From contig JBBRWS010000003.1 of assembly GCA_038249055.1 (NCBI GenBank), forward strand, positions 24,374-88,373: DNA of 64,000 nt. Reading direction: 5' to 3'. The notes under the pieces were generated by a model. It saw only the letters and a list, made by a program, of their open reading frames with translations. It did no database searches and had not been told where the DNA came from. Every line of letters starts with the position of its first letter. Position 1 is the stretch's first letter. This stretch comes from Minisyncoccia bacterium (lineage in GTDB: Bacteria > Patescibacteriota > Minisyncoccia > Phycocordibacterales > UBA9973). Positions 9,663-19,770 of the stretch are shown piece by piece. A program made the position numbers and the translations under genes.

Positions 9663-12600
9663 TTAATTTTGAGTTTGGCTATTTTTTTTTGTAATTACTC
9701 CAATTAAAATTATAATTGATAAAATTAGCAATAAAACAGAAGCTCCAGCCAAATAAAGACTTATGCCATCCATTAAACCTGGTTTTGCTACATTTATTGA
9801 GGCTTCAGCAATAGGAAGATCCTGAAAGGTTACAGCTTCAGCTGTTTTAGTAAATAAATACCCAGAACTTTTAGCTATAATATTACCGGTATTATTTACT
9901 GTTGCGGTGTAAACTGTATGATTACCATTCTCTAGTTCTTTATCTAATAAATACTCCCATTCACCATTATTATCTGCCTTAATAGTCACAATAATAGGGG
10001 TACTATAAATATACAAAGTAATGAAACTGTTTGGTAATGCTTGCCCTTTAATTATTATTTCTTTTTGTTCAGTTAATTTAACATCTTTTACCTTATAAGT
10101 AGGAACAACTGGAGCTTCAGATACTTCAGGCTGTTCTATTTCTACTTTAACTAACTCTGGGCTTTTAGGATTATAACCTAATAATATTTTTTCGGAGGCA
10201 TTAATACTTCTTCCTTCATAAGAAGATACGGGAGAAGGTTTTATTGGGTCAATATTATAAACATAGGTTGAATCATAGTCAGAAATTCCATCATTGTTTG
10301 TATCTTTATAAAGAAGGTCTCCCCCTTGTTCCTTTAATACTCCTGATTTATCTTCTACCGCAACAGTTAATAAATTGAATGCTTCATTAATATTTTCTGA
10401 GTTAACTTTATCTATTTGAGAAACAACACCTCCACCTCCTGCCATTCCTCTAAGATTTTCTATACCTTTATTGATTTCAATTTTTAAATTACTAATATCT
10501 TCCGGTGTAACAAGAGCTAAATTTAATAAACTCATTTCAACTTTATTTATAAGTTCATCTCTATATAAATAAACCTTTAATATATCAATTGTTAAATTAT
10601 TTTCCTTTATAATTTTAATTACATTTAAAGTACTACCGTTAATTATATTAATTAATTGCTCTTTTGTATTAACTATGGAGTTTCTAAGTTCGTCTACAGC
10701 AAAACTAATATCTTGAATATTTGTAATAATTTCATTTGTTGTCTCTGGTAATATAACTTTGGATATTTCATTTTGAATGAGTTTAATCGGATTTTCAATT
10801 ATTTCCTTTTGCTCTATTAGTGAAACTAAAGGCGTTGTTATGATATTGTCTTTATTTTCTTCAATATTCAATGCTGGAATAGATATTGTTTTTAAATCAG
10901 TAAAACCAGAACAAGTTATTGATGATGTTGTGGTTGTTTGTTTATAGCAGGCTTTAACGCGATAATAATAAGGTACTCCACGAGTAACATTAAAATCAGA
11001 GAACGAAGTAGCGTTTGAATTTGCAGAATAAATAACAACCGTAGATTTTGAATCAGAACTAAGTCTTCGTTCTATTATAAAATTTGTTTCATTATTTGAA
11101 TTATCTTCCCAATTAATTTTAATAGAAGGTGTAGTATTAGTAGATGTATTGTTTAATACTAAATTGGTTGGATCAGATATTTGTATAATATTTGTTACAG
11201 GAAGTGGAATTGTAATTTTTTCTAAATCTGCGTAATTAGAACAAACAGTTTTTATTGTTTCTGTTATTGTTCCTGTTGGTGGCGTGTAGCAAGCTTTAAC
11301 ACGATAATCATAAGACACTCCTGGCTTCGCATCATAATCAGTGAAATAATTTACATCTTTGTTTGTATTACCATAAGCAGTTGCGGAATATGTTGTTTCG
11401 CTATTTAATTTTCGCTCAACTGTAAACTCAGTTTCATTATCAGAAAGATCTTCCCATTTAAGTGATATAGATTTTGAGAGAGAATCTAAAGCTGAATATA
11501 ATTTCAAATTAGCTGGTGATGCAACTGCAACAATATTCGGAATAACAACCGGAATCGAAATTCCTTTTAATTCTGTATATCCTGAATAAATTGAGTAAAT
11601 ATTTCCTGATGTTGTTCCTGATGTTGGAGTATAACTAGCCTTTACCCTATAATCGTACGAAATTCCAGCTCTGGCATCATTATCAGTAAAGTAATTAACA
11701 TCTTTATCTGTACTACCATAAGCAGTAGCCGAATATGTTGTTTCGTTGCTTAATTTTCTTTCTATAATAAATTTAGTTTCATTATTGGAATTATCAATCC
11801 ATTTAAGTGGTATAGATTTTGAGAGAGAATCTAAAGTTGAATATAATTTTAAACCTGTGGGGGCGCTTACTGCTGTAACGTTTGGCGTTGTGGATGGAAT
11901 AGAAGTTCCTCTTAATTCAGTATACGCGGAACAAATTTTAGATGTGGTTCCTACTGTTGTAACCGCAGTTGAAGTATAGCAAGCCTTTACTTTATAATAA
12001 TAGGATGCTCCACGGGTAACCTCTAAATCAGTATATGAGGTTTCATTTGAATTTAAATAATAAGAGTTAATGGCTTTCGCACCGTCTATACTTGATGTTC
12101 TATCAATAACAAATTCAGTTTCATTATTAGAATAATCCTCCCATTTAAGTCCAATTGATGCTACCGTGGCGGTAGAAGTATTTTCTACTACTAAATTTTT
12201 AGGAGCAGATACTGTAATATTATTTAGAGATGGAATTGAAATCATAGATACACTAGTAAAACCGGAACAAAGATTTGATGAATATCCTACGTGACAAGCC
12301 TTCACTCGATAGTAATAAGAAACTCCACGATAAACTTGAAAGTCAGTATAATTATTAATTCCTGCATTTGTATAATAAGAAGTTGCAGTTGATGTTAAAT
12401 CATCACTTATTCTTCGTTCTATAATAAATTGCGTTTCGTTATCAGAATTATCAACCCATTTGAGTTCAATTGATGCCTTGAGGGGTGTTGAAATATTATT
12501 CAATTCTAATCCACTTGGGTCTTTAGGAGTATATAAATTTATATTTTCTGTTGTATTTGTTGTATTTGTTGCATCTGTTGTATTTATTGTATCAGTTGTA

Positions 12601-13133
12601 TTTGAAGTTTTAATAATAGCACCTTCAAATTTAGCATAGTCTGAGCAAACTGTTTCTACTCCTGCTGAAGTTCCAGACGTTGAAGATATTGTTGGTGAAT
12701 TTAATGTTGAAGATATTAAATCTACCTTTTCTGTTAGACACGCTTTTATTTGATAGTCATAAGAAAATCCTGTTCTAACATATTGATCATTAAAAAAATG
12801 AAAATCTTTCCCAATAAAAGCATTTGTTATCGGAACAAAAACTGTGTCTGTACTTAATTTTTTTTCAAGAATAAAATGGGTTTCTGTATCAGAATTATCA
12901 TCCCAGGTTAAATATATTGAAGATGGAGTAGAAGCTGGACTTGTAGATTGTTGTAAGTTTGTTGGAGCAAAAGGTGCAATAGCTGCGTAAGACACACCCC
13001 AAAGAACAATAATTATTGTTAAAAAAAAGATAAAACCTAAAACTAAAATAAACTTATTGTTTCTAGAAAACGTGTTTAATTTTAACCTTTTCATTGTATT
13101 ATTATACACTTTTAAATTAATTTTTAATATCAA
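9663..13133 (-). CDS. Large membrane-anchored surface protein with about 7 tandem fibronectin type III-like modules and C-terminal coiled-coil plus TM anchor
   Basis: 1156 aa; N-terminal signal anchor; repeated ~110-aa units each with LKWxDNSxNETxFxIERK...SYxYRVKAC signature; C-terminal LYLAGASVLLLILSIIILIGVI anchor. Confidence 0.8.
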   Translation of the reverse strand: MILKINLKVYNNTMKRLKLNTFSRNNKFILVLGFIFFLTIIIVLWGVSYAAIAPFAPTNLQQSTSPASTPSSIYLTWDDNSDTETHFILEKKLSTDTVFVPITNAFIGKDFHFFNDQYVRTGFSYDYQIKACLTEKVDLISSTLNSPTISSTSGTSAGVETVCSDYAKFEGAIIKTSNTTDTINTTDATNTTNTTENINLYTPKDPSGLELNNISTPLKASIELKWVDNSDNETQFIIERRISDDLTSTATSYYTNAGINNYTDFQVYRGVSYYYRVKACHVGYSSNLCSGFTSVSMISIPSLNNITVSAPKNLVVENTSTATVASIGLKWEDYSNNETEFVIDRTSSIDGAKAINSYYLNSNETSYTDLEVTRGASYYYKVKACYTSTAVTTVGTTSKICSAYTELRGTSIPSTTPNVTAVSAPTGLKLYSTLDSLSKSIPLKWIDNSNNETKFIIERKLSNETTYSATAYGSTDKDVNYFTDNDARAGISYDYRVKASYTPTSGTTSGNIYSIYSGYTELKGISIPVVIPNIVAVASPANLKLYSALDSLSKSISLKWEDLSDNETEFTVERKLNSETTYSATAYGNTNKDVNYFTDYDAKPGVSYDYRVKACYTPPTGTITETIKTVCSNYADLEKITIPLPVTNIIQISDPTNLVLNNTSTNTTPSIKINWEDNSNNETNFIIERRLSSDSKSTVVIYSANSNATSFSDFNVTRGVPYYYRVKACYKQTTTTSSITCSGFTDLKTISIPALNIEENKDNIITTPLVSLIEQKEIIENPIKLIQNEISKVILPETTNEIITNIQDISFAVDELRNSIVNTKEQLINIINGSTLNVIKIIKENNLTIDILKVYLYRDELINKVEMSLLNLALVTPEDISNLKIEINKGIENLRGMAGGGGVVSQIDKVNSENINEAFNLLTVAVEDKSGVLKEQGGDLLYKDTNNDGISDYDSTYVYNIDPIKPSPVSSYEGRSINASEKILLGYNPKSPELVKVEIEQPEVSEAPVVPTYKVKDVKLTEQKEIIIKGQALPNSFITLYIYSTPIIVTIKADNNGEWEYLLDKELENGNHTVYTATVNNTGNIIAKSSGYLFTKTAEAVTFQDLPIAEASINVAKPGLMDGISLYLAGASVLLLILSIIILIGVITKKNSQTQN

Positions 13134-14519
13134 TTAACTAGCAACCGGGAAAGAAACTATAAAATGTGAACCTATACCTTTTATAGATTCTATTGATATA
13201 CTTCCACCCATTTGCTTCGTCATCTGAGCAGTTATCCAAAGCCCCAAACCTGTCCCCCTTATATTTTCAGTTTCTTTAGTTCTAATTCGATAAAACTTCT
13301 CAAATAATTTTATTCTTTCTTCCTCACTCATACCAATACCAGTATCACTAACTCTTATATAGAGACGATTATTTTCCATATATTGTCTTACAATAATATC
13401 TCCTTTATTAGTATATTTAATAGCATTTCCTACTAAATTTATTACAATTTGTTTCAATCTACTCACATCAACATTTATATTTTGATTTTCTTCTATCTTT
13501 GATTTATCAAAAGATATATTTAAATTTTTCTCTTTTGCGGGTAATAAAAAAGATGTTACTATTTGATCAATTATTTCACTTGGATTTATTTTTTCAATTT
13601 CAAACGACATTCTACCTTGTTCAATTCTAGAAACGTCCAAAATATCAGAAACTAATGAGTCTAACTCTTTTGCTGAGTAATCAATTTTTAATATATAATC
13701 TTTCGTTTGTGAAGATATTTCGGGTGCTTCACGAGCAAATTCTGCATAGCCACGAATTATAGATAGCGGTGTTCGTAATTCATGAGAAGCCATTGAAATA
13801 AAATCGTCTTTTAATTGATCAACTTCTTTTAATTTTTTATATAAATCCATATAATCAATTATTTTAGAGTGACGGAAAAATAAAAATAAAATTAAAATGA
13901 TAATAAAAAATAGTAAAATTCTACTGCTATTAATACTACTTCCAATGGCAATATCAGCCATTGATAACGACTGGGTGGTAATCACTGCTCCCAAAATATT
14001 TCCCTGTTGATCAGTAATCGCACGTGTTGTTTTAAATAATCTTTCTCCATTATCTGAAAGTTCTATTGTAACGGAATGGGATGGATCACTGGCGGCTATT
14101 GTAAATATAAAAGATGCTTGATCGTCGGCTAAATTAATTTCATCCTTATTATTTGAAGCAATAATTCTATAAGAAATAGAAACTTCATTAGTTTCAGAAT
14201 TTGTAATTACTTCCCTTTTTACAACTTTAAAGTTTTTTATAGTTTCGTTTGTATTAACAACATCTTGAATCTTTTTATTTAAATATTCTGGATCATCAAT
14301 TTTATCTGAAGCAAACGAAACAAAGGCATCTTGCAATGACCCAATTCGTACATTAATCAAACGCTCCTGTGCATCATTTGCTATATTTATAAATCTCTCA
14401 GCCATGAAAACAAAAGCACCAGTAATTAATACTGCCACTACAATCGTATATATTAATTGAGGATTATTGGTTACTTTTTTAACTCCCTTAATAAAATTTG
14501 AATATAAAAAACCAAACAT
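13134..14519 (-). CDS. Sensor histidine kinase (membrane, periplasmic sensor domain)
   Basis: MASHELRTPLS H-box, N/G boxes (GTGLGLWI), two TM segments. Confidence 0.85.
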   Translation of the reverse strand: MFGFLYSNFIKGVKKVTNNPQLIYTIVVAVLITGAFVFMAERFINIANDAQERLINVRIGSLQDAFVSFASDKIDDPEYLNKKIQDVVNTNETIKNFKVVKREVITNSETNEVSISYRIIASNNKDEINLADDQASFIFTIAASDPSHSVTIELSDNGERLFKTTRAITDQQGNILGAVITTQSLSMADIAIGSSINSSRILLFFIIILILFLFFRHSKIIDYMDLYKKLKEVDQLKDDFISMASHELRTPLSIIRGYAEFAREAPEISSQTKDYILKIDYSAKELDSLVSDILDVSRIEQGRMSFEIEKINPSEIIDQIVTSFLLPAKEKNLNISFDKSKIEENQNINVDVSRLKQIVINLVGNAIKYTNKGDIIVRQYMENNRLYIRVSDTGIGMSEEERIKLFEKFYRIRTKETENIRGTGLGLWITAQMTKQMGGSISIESIKGIGSHFIVSFPVAS

Positions 14520-14592
14520 GCTTAGATGATACCATTTTATAAATAAATAATCACCATATTATCTACTTAATTTGATATTATATTTTAAAATT

Positions 14593-15135
14593 TTAATGAC
14601 TTTTAAGCCAAGTTATCATTTTTTTAAATGTACCTGGTCCTGCTTCCCCATCAGCTGTTAAACCTTCTGCTTTTTGAAAACTTTTTACACCATTAAATGT
14701 ACTTAATCCGTAATCATTATCGACTTTATTTGAAGTATTGTTATATATATTTAAAAATTTCTGAACAGTACCAACGGCTGGACCTTGTGATTTATTTTTG
14801 AGATAAATATTTCCATCTACTAATTTTTGTAATTCATTTATCAGAGTCTGATTTTTTGAAACTACAGTTTTTGGTTGAATTGGATTTTCAACAACTGGTT
14901 CTGGAGTTACAACTGCTAAAACTTCCTGAACCTTCTCTGTTTCAAATTGACTGATTTCTTTTTTTAATTTTGCTACTTCTTTTACAAGTTCTTCATTTTT
15001 TTGTTCTAACTCTTTTTGTTTTTGATTATCAACATGAGTACTTCCTGATTCTATGGTAGAAAATGCCCAATACCCAGCAAAAGAAAGTGCGGCAATAATG
15101 AAAATCGAAGATAACATAAATTTAAAATTTTCCAT
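14593..15135 (-). CDS. Membrane-anchored coiled-coil protein with C-terminal peptidoglycan-binding (PG_binding_1-like) domain
   Basis: N-terminal TM, KE-rich coiled coil, C-terminal DNDYGLSTFNGVKSFQKAEGLTADGEAGPGT motif. Confidence 0.6.
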   Translation of the reverse strand: MENFKFMLSSIFIIAALSFAGYWAFSTIESGSTHVDNQKQKELEQKNEELVKEVAKLKKEISQFETEKVQEVLAVVTPEPVVENPIQPKTVVSKNQTLINELQKLVDGNIYLKNKSQGPAVGTVQKFLNIYNNTSNKVDNDYGLSTFNGVKSFQKAEGLTADGEAGPGTFKKMITWLKSH

Positions 15136-15198
15136 AATTTAATTATATCAGATAATAATATTCTTGTACTATTTTTAAAAGTTAATAAGTTAATTCTT

Positions 15199-17706
15199 TT
15201 ATGGTGCCTTAATAAAATATTTATAGAAAAAATATTTTGAAATTTCAGCAATTATAAGATAACTAACAACAATACCCGCTATAAGTAATAATAGAGGAAA
15301 AGGAAGTTTCGAAAATCCTAAAATAACCCCCAATGGAGTATAAGGAACTATCCAAGCAAAAATTACTACAGCAATAGTACTAAATGTAACAAAAATACCT
15401 GGAGTACTTCTAAAGAATGGTACACGTCTAGTTCTAATAATAAAGATAACTAATATTTGTGTGGCGATAGATTCAATAAACCATCCAGTTTGAAAATGTT
15501 GTTCATTTAAATTAAATACTTTATAAAGAACAAAGAATGTTAAGAAATCAAAGATGGAGCTAATAAGACCAAATACAATAATGTATTTAGAAAACTCTCT
15601 CATGTTCCACTTTAATGGATTTTTTACAGCTTCTATATCTGTTTTATCAGTTGGTATTGTAGTCTGAGAAACATCGTATAAAAAATTATTAAAAATTATT
15701 TGAGATGAAAGCATTGGGAAGAATGGTAAAAAAATAGATGCTCCCATCATTGAAAACATATTTCCAAAATTTGAGCTAAAACCCATTTTTATATACTTAA
15801 GAGTATTTTGAAATGTAGAACGCCCCTCTATTACCCCATCTTTTAGAACGTGTAAATTTTTATTTAAAAGAATTATATCTGCAGTTTCTTTTGCAACATC
15901 AACCGCATTATTGACCGATATCCCAACATCAGCAATTTTCAAAACTGGTGCATCGTTAATCCCATCTCCCATATATCCTACAGTATGATCATTTAATTGT
16001 AATAATCTTACAATTCGTTCTTTTTGAATAGGAGAAACTCTAGCAAAGATATTTGTTGAATCCAATTTTTGTGAAAGTTCTTCATCTGTTAGAGTATTCA
16101 ACATAGCTCCAGTAAGAGAACCTTTTATCTCTATATTCAAATCTTTACAAATACGTTCAGTAAGAATTTCACTATCCCCTGTAATAATTTTTACTTCAAC
16201 TGAAAGATTTTTTAATTCTTCTAGGGCTGAACTAGCACTTTTTTTAGGTGGATCCAGAAAAGCAGCATAACCTACAAAAGTCATATTTTCTTCCTCTTGG
16301 TTTTTATATTTAATTCTTTCATCTTTTTCTATTTTCTTTACAGCTACAGCAAGAACACGAAAACCATCAGCGCTTAATTTGTCGTATTCATTTTTAGCCT
16401 TTTCTTTAATTTCATTATCAAATATGGATATATTATTTCCATCCTCGAGCATATTAGAAATAGAAAAAATACTCTCTGGAGCTCCTTTGGTAATCATTAA
16501 TCTCTCTCCATTATGTTCAACTATGATTGAATCTCTTTTCCTCTCAAAATCAAAAGGGATTTCATCTATTTTTGTATACGAACTTGAGTCCATCTTTCCA
16601 CGAATTTGTATTGCTTCATCAAGAGGACTTTTGCGGGCAGTATGATATATACTATTTAAATATGAATATAGGAGAGTATTTTTTGAATCAACGTCAAAAA
16701 TATTTATACATTTTATAAGTTCAATTTTATCTTCAGTTAAGGTCCCCGTTTTATCTGTACAAAGTATATCCATACTTCCAAAATTTTGCACAGATGCTAA
16801 ATTTTTCAATATAACCTGCTTTTTTGCCATACGAAGAGATCCATGAGAAAGTGTAACTGTCATAATAACAGGGAGAAGCTCCGGTGTAAGTCCTACTGCT
16901 ATTGCAGCTGCAAATAAAAATGAATTCAATACTCCTCTATCATTAAAAGCATTTACTAAAAAAACAAAAATTACCATCACTAAAGTAAGTCGAACAATAA
17001 AAATACTAAAATTTTTAAGCCCTATTTCAAAACTAGTTTTTTGTTTAACAGCGGAAAGTCTATCTGCAATTTTACCAAATTCTGCCTGTGAACCAGTTTG
17101 AATAACTTGAGCTATAGCAAAACCTGTTACCACCGACGTACCCATAAACACAGCATCCGTATCAGTTAATTTTAGAGAAATACTTGTTAAAGAAATATTA
17201 TCTTCCATTACAAATTTCTCTACAGGAAATGACTCTCCAGTTAGTACTGATTGATTTACGAAAAAATCATCGGCAGATATAATAATACAGTCAGCAGGTA
17301 TAACATCTCCAGCTGAAAGTTCAATTATATCTCCCGGCACTAACCCATGAAAAGGTATTTCTTGTTTTACTCCGTCACGACGGACCGTTGCTGTTGAAGC
17401 TACTTTTTCTACCAATCGTTCAGCAACTTTTTCCGATTTATAACTATTAAAAAAGTCCAAGGAAACTGAAACAAAAATCATAACCAAAAGAATTATTGCA
17501 TTAACAGACTGTCCAAAAAAGAATGCAATAATAGCAGCTCCCATTAAAAGAAATAGAAGAGGATTATTAAACTTCTTAAGAAACATAACTACGGGTTGAA
17601 GTTTTTTTCGATGATAAATAGTATTTTCACCGAATTTTACTAAATATTTTTTTGCCTGAAAAGAAGTCAAACCATTGACTACATCAGTTCTTTTATTTTC
17701 TTGCAT
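15199..17706 (-). CDS. mgtA: Magnesium-translocating P-type ATPase (MgtA-like)
   Basis: DKTGTLT phosphorylation motif, GDGINDAPVLK, PELLPVIMTVTLSHGSLRMAKKQVILKNLASVQNFGSMDILCTDKTGTLT closely parallels MgtA. Confidence 0.8.
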   Translation of the reverse strand: MQENKRTDVVNGLTSFQAKKYLVKFGENTIYHRKKLQPVVMFLKKFNNPLLFLLMGAAIIAFFFGQSVNAIILLVMIFVSVSLDFFNSYKSEKVAERLVEKVASTATVRRDGVKQEIPFHGLVPGDIIELSAGDVIPADCIIISADDFFVNQSVLTGESFPVEKFVMEDNISLTSISLKLTDTDAVFMGTSVVTGFAIAQVIQTGSQAEFGKIADRLSAVKQKTSFEIGLKNFSIFIVRLTLVMVIFVFLVNAFNDRGVLNSFLFAAAIAVGLTPELLPVIMTVTLSHGSLRMAKKQVILKNLASVQNFGSMDILCTDKTGTLTEDKIELIKCINIFDVDSKNTLLYSYLNSIYHTARKSPLDEAIQIRGKMDSSSYTKIDEIPFDFERKRDSIIVEHNGERLMITKGAPESIFSISNMLEDGNNISIFDNEIKEKAKNEYDKLSADGFRVLAVAVKKIEKDERIKYKNQEEENMTFVGYAAFLDPPKKSASSALEELKNLSVEVKIITGDSEILTERICKDLNIEIKGSLTGAMLNTLTDEELSQKLDSTNIFARVSPIQKERIVRLLQLNDHTVGYMGDGINDAPVLKIADVGISVNNAVDVAKETADIILLNKNLHVLKDGVIEGRSTFQNTLKYIKMGFSSNFGNMFSMMGASIFLPFFPMLSSQIIFNNFLYDVSQTTIPTDKTDIEAVKNPLKWNMREFSKYIIVFGLISSIFDFLTFFVLYKVFNLNEQHFQTGWFIESIATQILVIFIIRTRRVPFFRSTPGIFVTFSTIAVVIFAWIVPYTPLGVILGFSKLPFPLLLLIAGIVVSYLIIAEISKYFFYKYFIKAP

Positions 17707-17747
17707 GTCATTTATTATATCATATTAACACTACAGAAAACCAAATA

Positions 17748-17786
17748 AAAAACACTTTGATTCAATATCAAAGTGTTTTTTATTTT
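17748..17786. terminator. Hairpin terminator downstream of helicase gene
   Basis: AACACTTTGAT-tcaat-ATCAAAGTGTT followed by TTTTTT. Confidence 0.6.
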
Positions 17787-17797
17787 TAGATTCAAAT

Positions 17798-19162
17798 TTA
17801 ATTTACGAACGTTAAAGCTACTCCAACTTGATTCGCACGGCCAGTACGGCCTATACGGTGAACATAGTCTTCATAAGTAGCAGGAATTTCATAATTAATA
17901 ACGTGGGTAACATTTGGGATATCCAGTCCTCGAGCAGCAACATCAGTTGCAACAAGTATTTGACTATGATTATCTCTAAATGCTTTCAATGCACTTTGGC
18001 GTCTTGATTGATTTTTATCTCCGTGAATTGATTCAGCTTTATACCCTCTTTGAACTAATGTTTGACAAAGTTTTTCAACTCCATGTTTTGTACGTCCAAA
18101 AATAAGAACTTTAGAAAACTCCTTTTTAGATAAAAGAGAATGCAATGAATCAATTTTATCAGAACCATGAGGTACACGAATAATATCTTGATCTACGTTT
18201 CTGGCTGTATCTCCAGTTTTAGTAGAAATCCTTTCAGGATTAGTTAAAAATTCTACAATTAATTTATCAATTTCTTTTGTTATTGTTGCAGAGAATAATA
18301 ATGTTTGACGATTTGGTGCCATATTAGCCATAATAAATCGCATGTCATTTACAAATCCCATGTCGAGCATTCTATCTGCTTCATCAAGAACTATTGTTCT
18401 GAATTCTGCTAGACGAATAACTCTACGGTCAACTAAATCTTTCAAACGTCCAGGAGTACCAATCACTATATTGTGATCTCTGCGTAATCCATAAATTTGA
18501 TTTGAAATACCCATTCCTCCAACACAACATACAGAGTAAATTCTAAGTGCTCCTCTAAATGCCATCAATTCTTCATTAATTTGTGTTGCTAATTCTCGAG
18601 TTGGTACAATTACCAAAACTTTTTCACGAGGATTATTCATAATTTTATCTAATAGTGGAATCAAAAACGCAGCTGTTTTACCAGTTCCTGTATTTGCTAT
18701 ACCAACAACATCACGTCCATTAAGTACAAATGGAATAGCGACGTCTTGAATAGGAGTCGGATTCACATAACCTTTTTGGGTAATGTTATTTTTTAATGTT
18801 GCATGAATTTTAAAATCAGCAAATTTATTTACTGGTATATATGGAGCTGACTCAACTATTGGGTCTGCTTTACATATAAAACGAGAATGGCTTATATTAC
18901 TATCTCCACCATAACGAGGCTTAGAAGATCTTCCACGGTTACCACCGCCACTTGAGCGACTATAACCACCACTAGAACGACCTCCGCTATTGCTACTATT
19001 TGAACGACTATAACCACCACTTGGGCGACTACTACCACTAGTTCCGCGACCAGTAGAAGAACTGCCACGATAACTGCTTCTTTGTCCACTAGAAGATGGA
19101 CGACTTGAACCACCCGAAGATGGCTGACCGGAGCTTCCGCCACGGCTATTTGGTTTATACAT
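17798..19162 (-). CDS. DEAD-box ATP-dependent RNA helicase with ~100-aa Gly/Ser/Arg-rich (RGG/SGG/YSRS) N-terminal low-complexity extension
   Basis: Q motif GYVNPTPIQ, Walker A TGTGKTAAF, DEAD (VLDEADRMLD), SAT, HRIGRTGRA; N-terminus SRGGSSGQPSSGGSSRPSSSGQRSS... Confidence 0.85.
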   Translation of the reverse strand: MYKPNSRGGSSGQPSSGGSSRPSSSGQRSSYRGSSSTGRGTSGSSRPSGGYSRSNSSNSGGRSSGGYSRSSGGGNRGRSSKPRYGGDSNISHSRFICKADPIVESAPYIPVNKFADFKIHATLKNNITQKGYVNPTPIQDVAIPFVLNGRDVVGIANTGTGKTAAFLIPLLDKIMNNPREKVLVIVPTRELATQINEELMAFRGALRIYSVCCVGGMGISNQIYGLRRDHNIVIGTPGRLKDLVDRRVIRLAEFRTIVLDEADRMLDMGFVNDMRFIMANMAPNRQTLLFSATITKEIDKLIVEFLTNPERISTKTGDTARNVDQDIIRVPHGSDKIDSLHSLLSKKEFSKVLIFGRTKHGVEKLCQTLVQRGYKAESIHGDKNQSRRQSALKAFRDNHSQILVATDVAARGLDIPNVTHVINYEIPATYEDYVHRIGRTGRANQVGVALTFVN

Positions 19163-19448
19163 ATTATTTTCCCCAGTCTATAATTATAAAAGTAAGACGG
19201 ACTAGGACCCTTATCCCTTAAGGTTTCCATAAAGACTTTCCATTTGGGATAAGGCGTTATATACAGGCGCTACATGCGCAAGAAAACCATTGAGACTACA
19301 ACTTACTTGACTAGTATATAACTAATAATTATATTTGTCAACCCCACACTTATACCTATATCATTATATACTGTAACCTCGGTTTGATTTCTAAGTCATT
19401 ACGATTTATAAACATAGAAATATAAATACATATGGTCACGAAATAAAT

Positions 19449-19472
19449 AAAACCCCATCTTTGGGGTTTTAT
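19449..19472. terminator. Bidirectional hairpin terminator
   Basis: AAAACCCCA-tctt-TGGGGTTTT. Confidence 0.6.
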
Positions 19473-19484
19473 TGTTATAAAAAA

Positions 19485-19625
19485 TTATTTAGTTTTTTTA
19501 CTAATAGACTTTTTTTTGTCAGTTTTATTATCAAGCATAACTTTTTTGACAGCAAGTCTTTTTGCTGTCTTTTTTGAATGCTTTGATTTTATATGAGGAT
19601 GAAGTGAAGTAGCTCTTTTTGCCAT
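19485..19625 (-). CDS. Tiny Lys/Arg-rich basic protein (46 aa), function unknown
   Basis: ATG..TAA frame giving MAKRATSLHPHIKSKHSKKTAKRLAVKKVMLDNKTDKKKSISKKTK; sits between two terminators; below ORF-track size cutoff. Confidence 0.3.
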   Translation of the reverse strand: MAKRATSLHPHIKSKHSKKTAKRLAVKKVMLDNKTDKKKSISKKTK

Positions 19626-19715
19626 ATATATGAAATTGATTAATTAATAAGATATTCTGCATTATACATTAAATGAATAAAAAATCCAATTAATTTAGAT
19701 TAAAAAAAATAAAAT

Positions 19716-19760
19716 ACTCCACATGAGCCAAATGGCAAATGTGGAGTATTTTACTAAAAG
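19716..19760 (-). terminator. Terminator of cold-shock protein gene
   Basis: ATACTCCACAT..ATGTGGAGTAT hairpin followed (minus sense) by T-run. Confidence 0.6.
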
Positions 19761-19770
19761 CTACGCGATA

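Noticed and set aside
16379-16718. Two plus-strand ORFs (88 and 63 aa) inside mgtA
   Set aside because: Antisense to a strongly supported P-type ATPase gene
18892-19230. 112-aa minus-strand ORF (VAEAPVSHLRVVQVV...)
   Set aside because: Alternative frame through the GC-rich Gly/Ser/Arg-codon repeat of the helicase N-terminus; low-complexity Val/Ala artefact overlapping a well-supported gene
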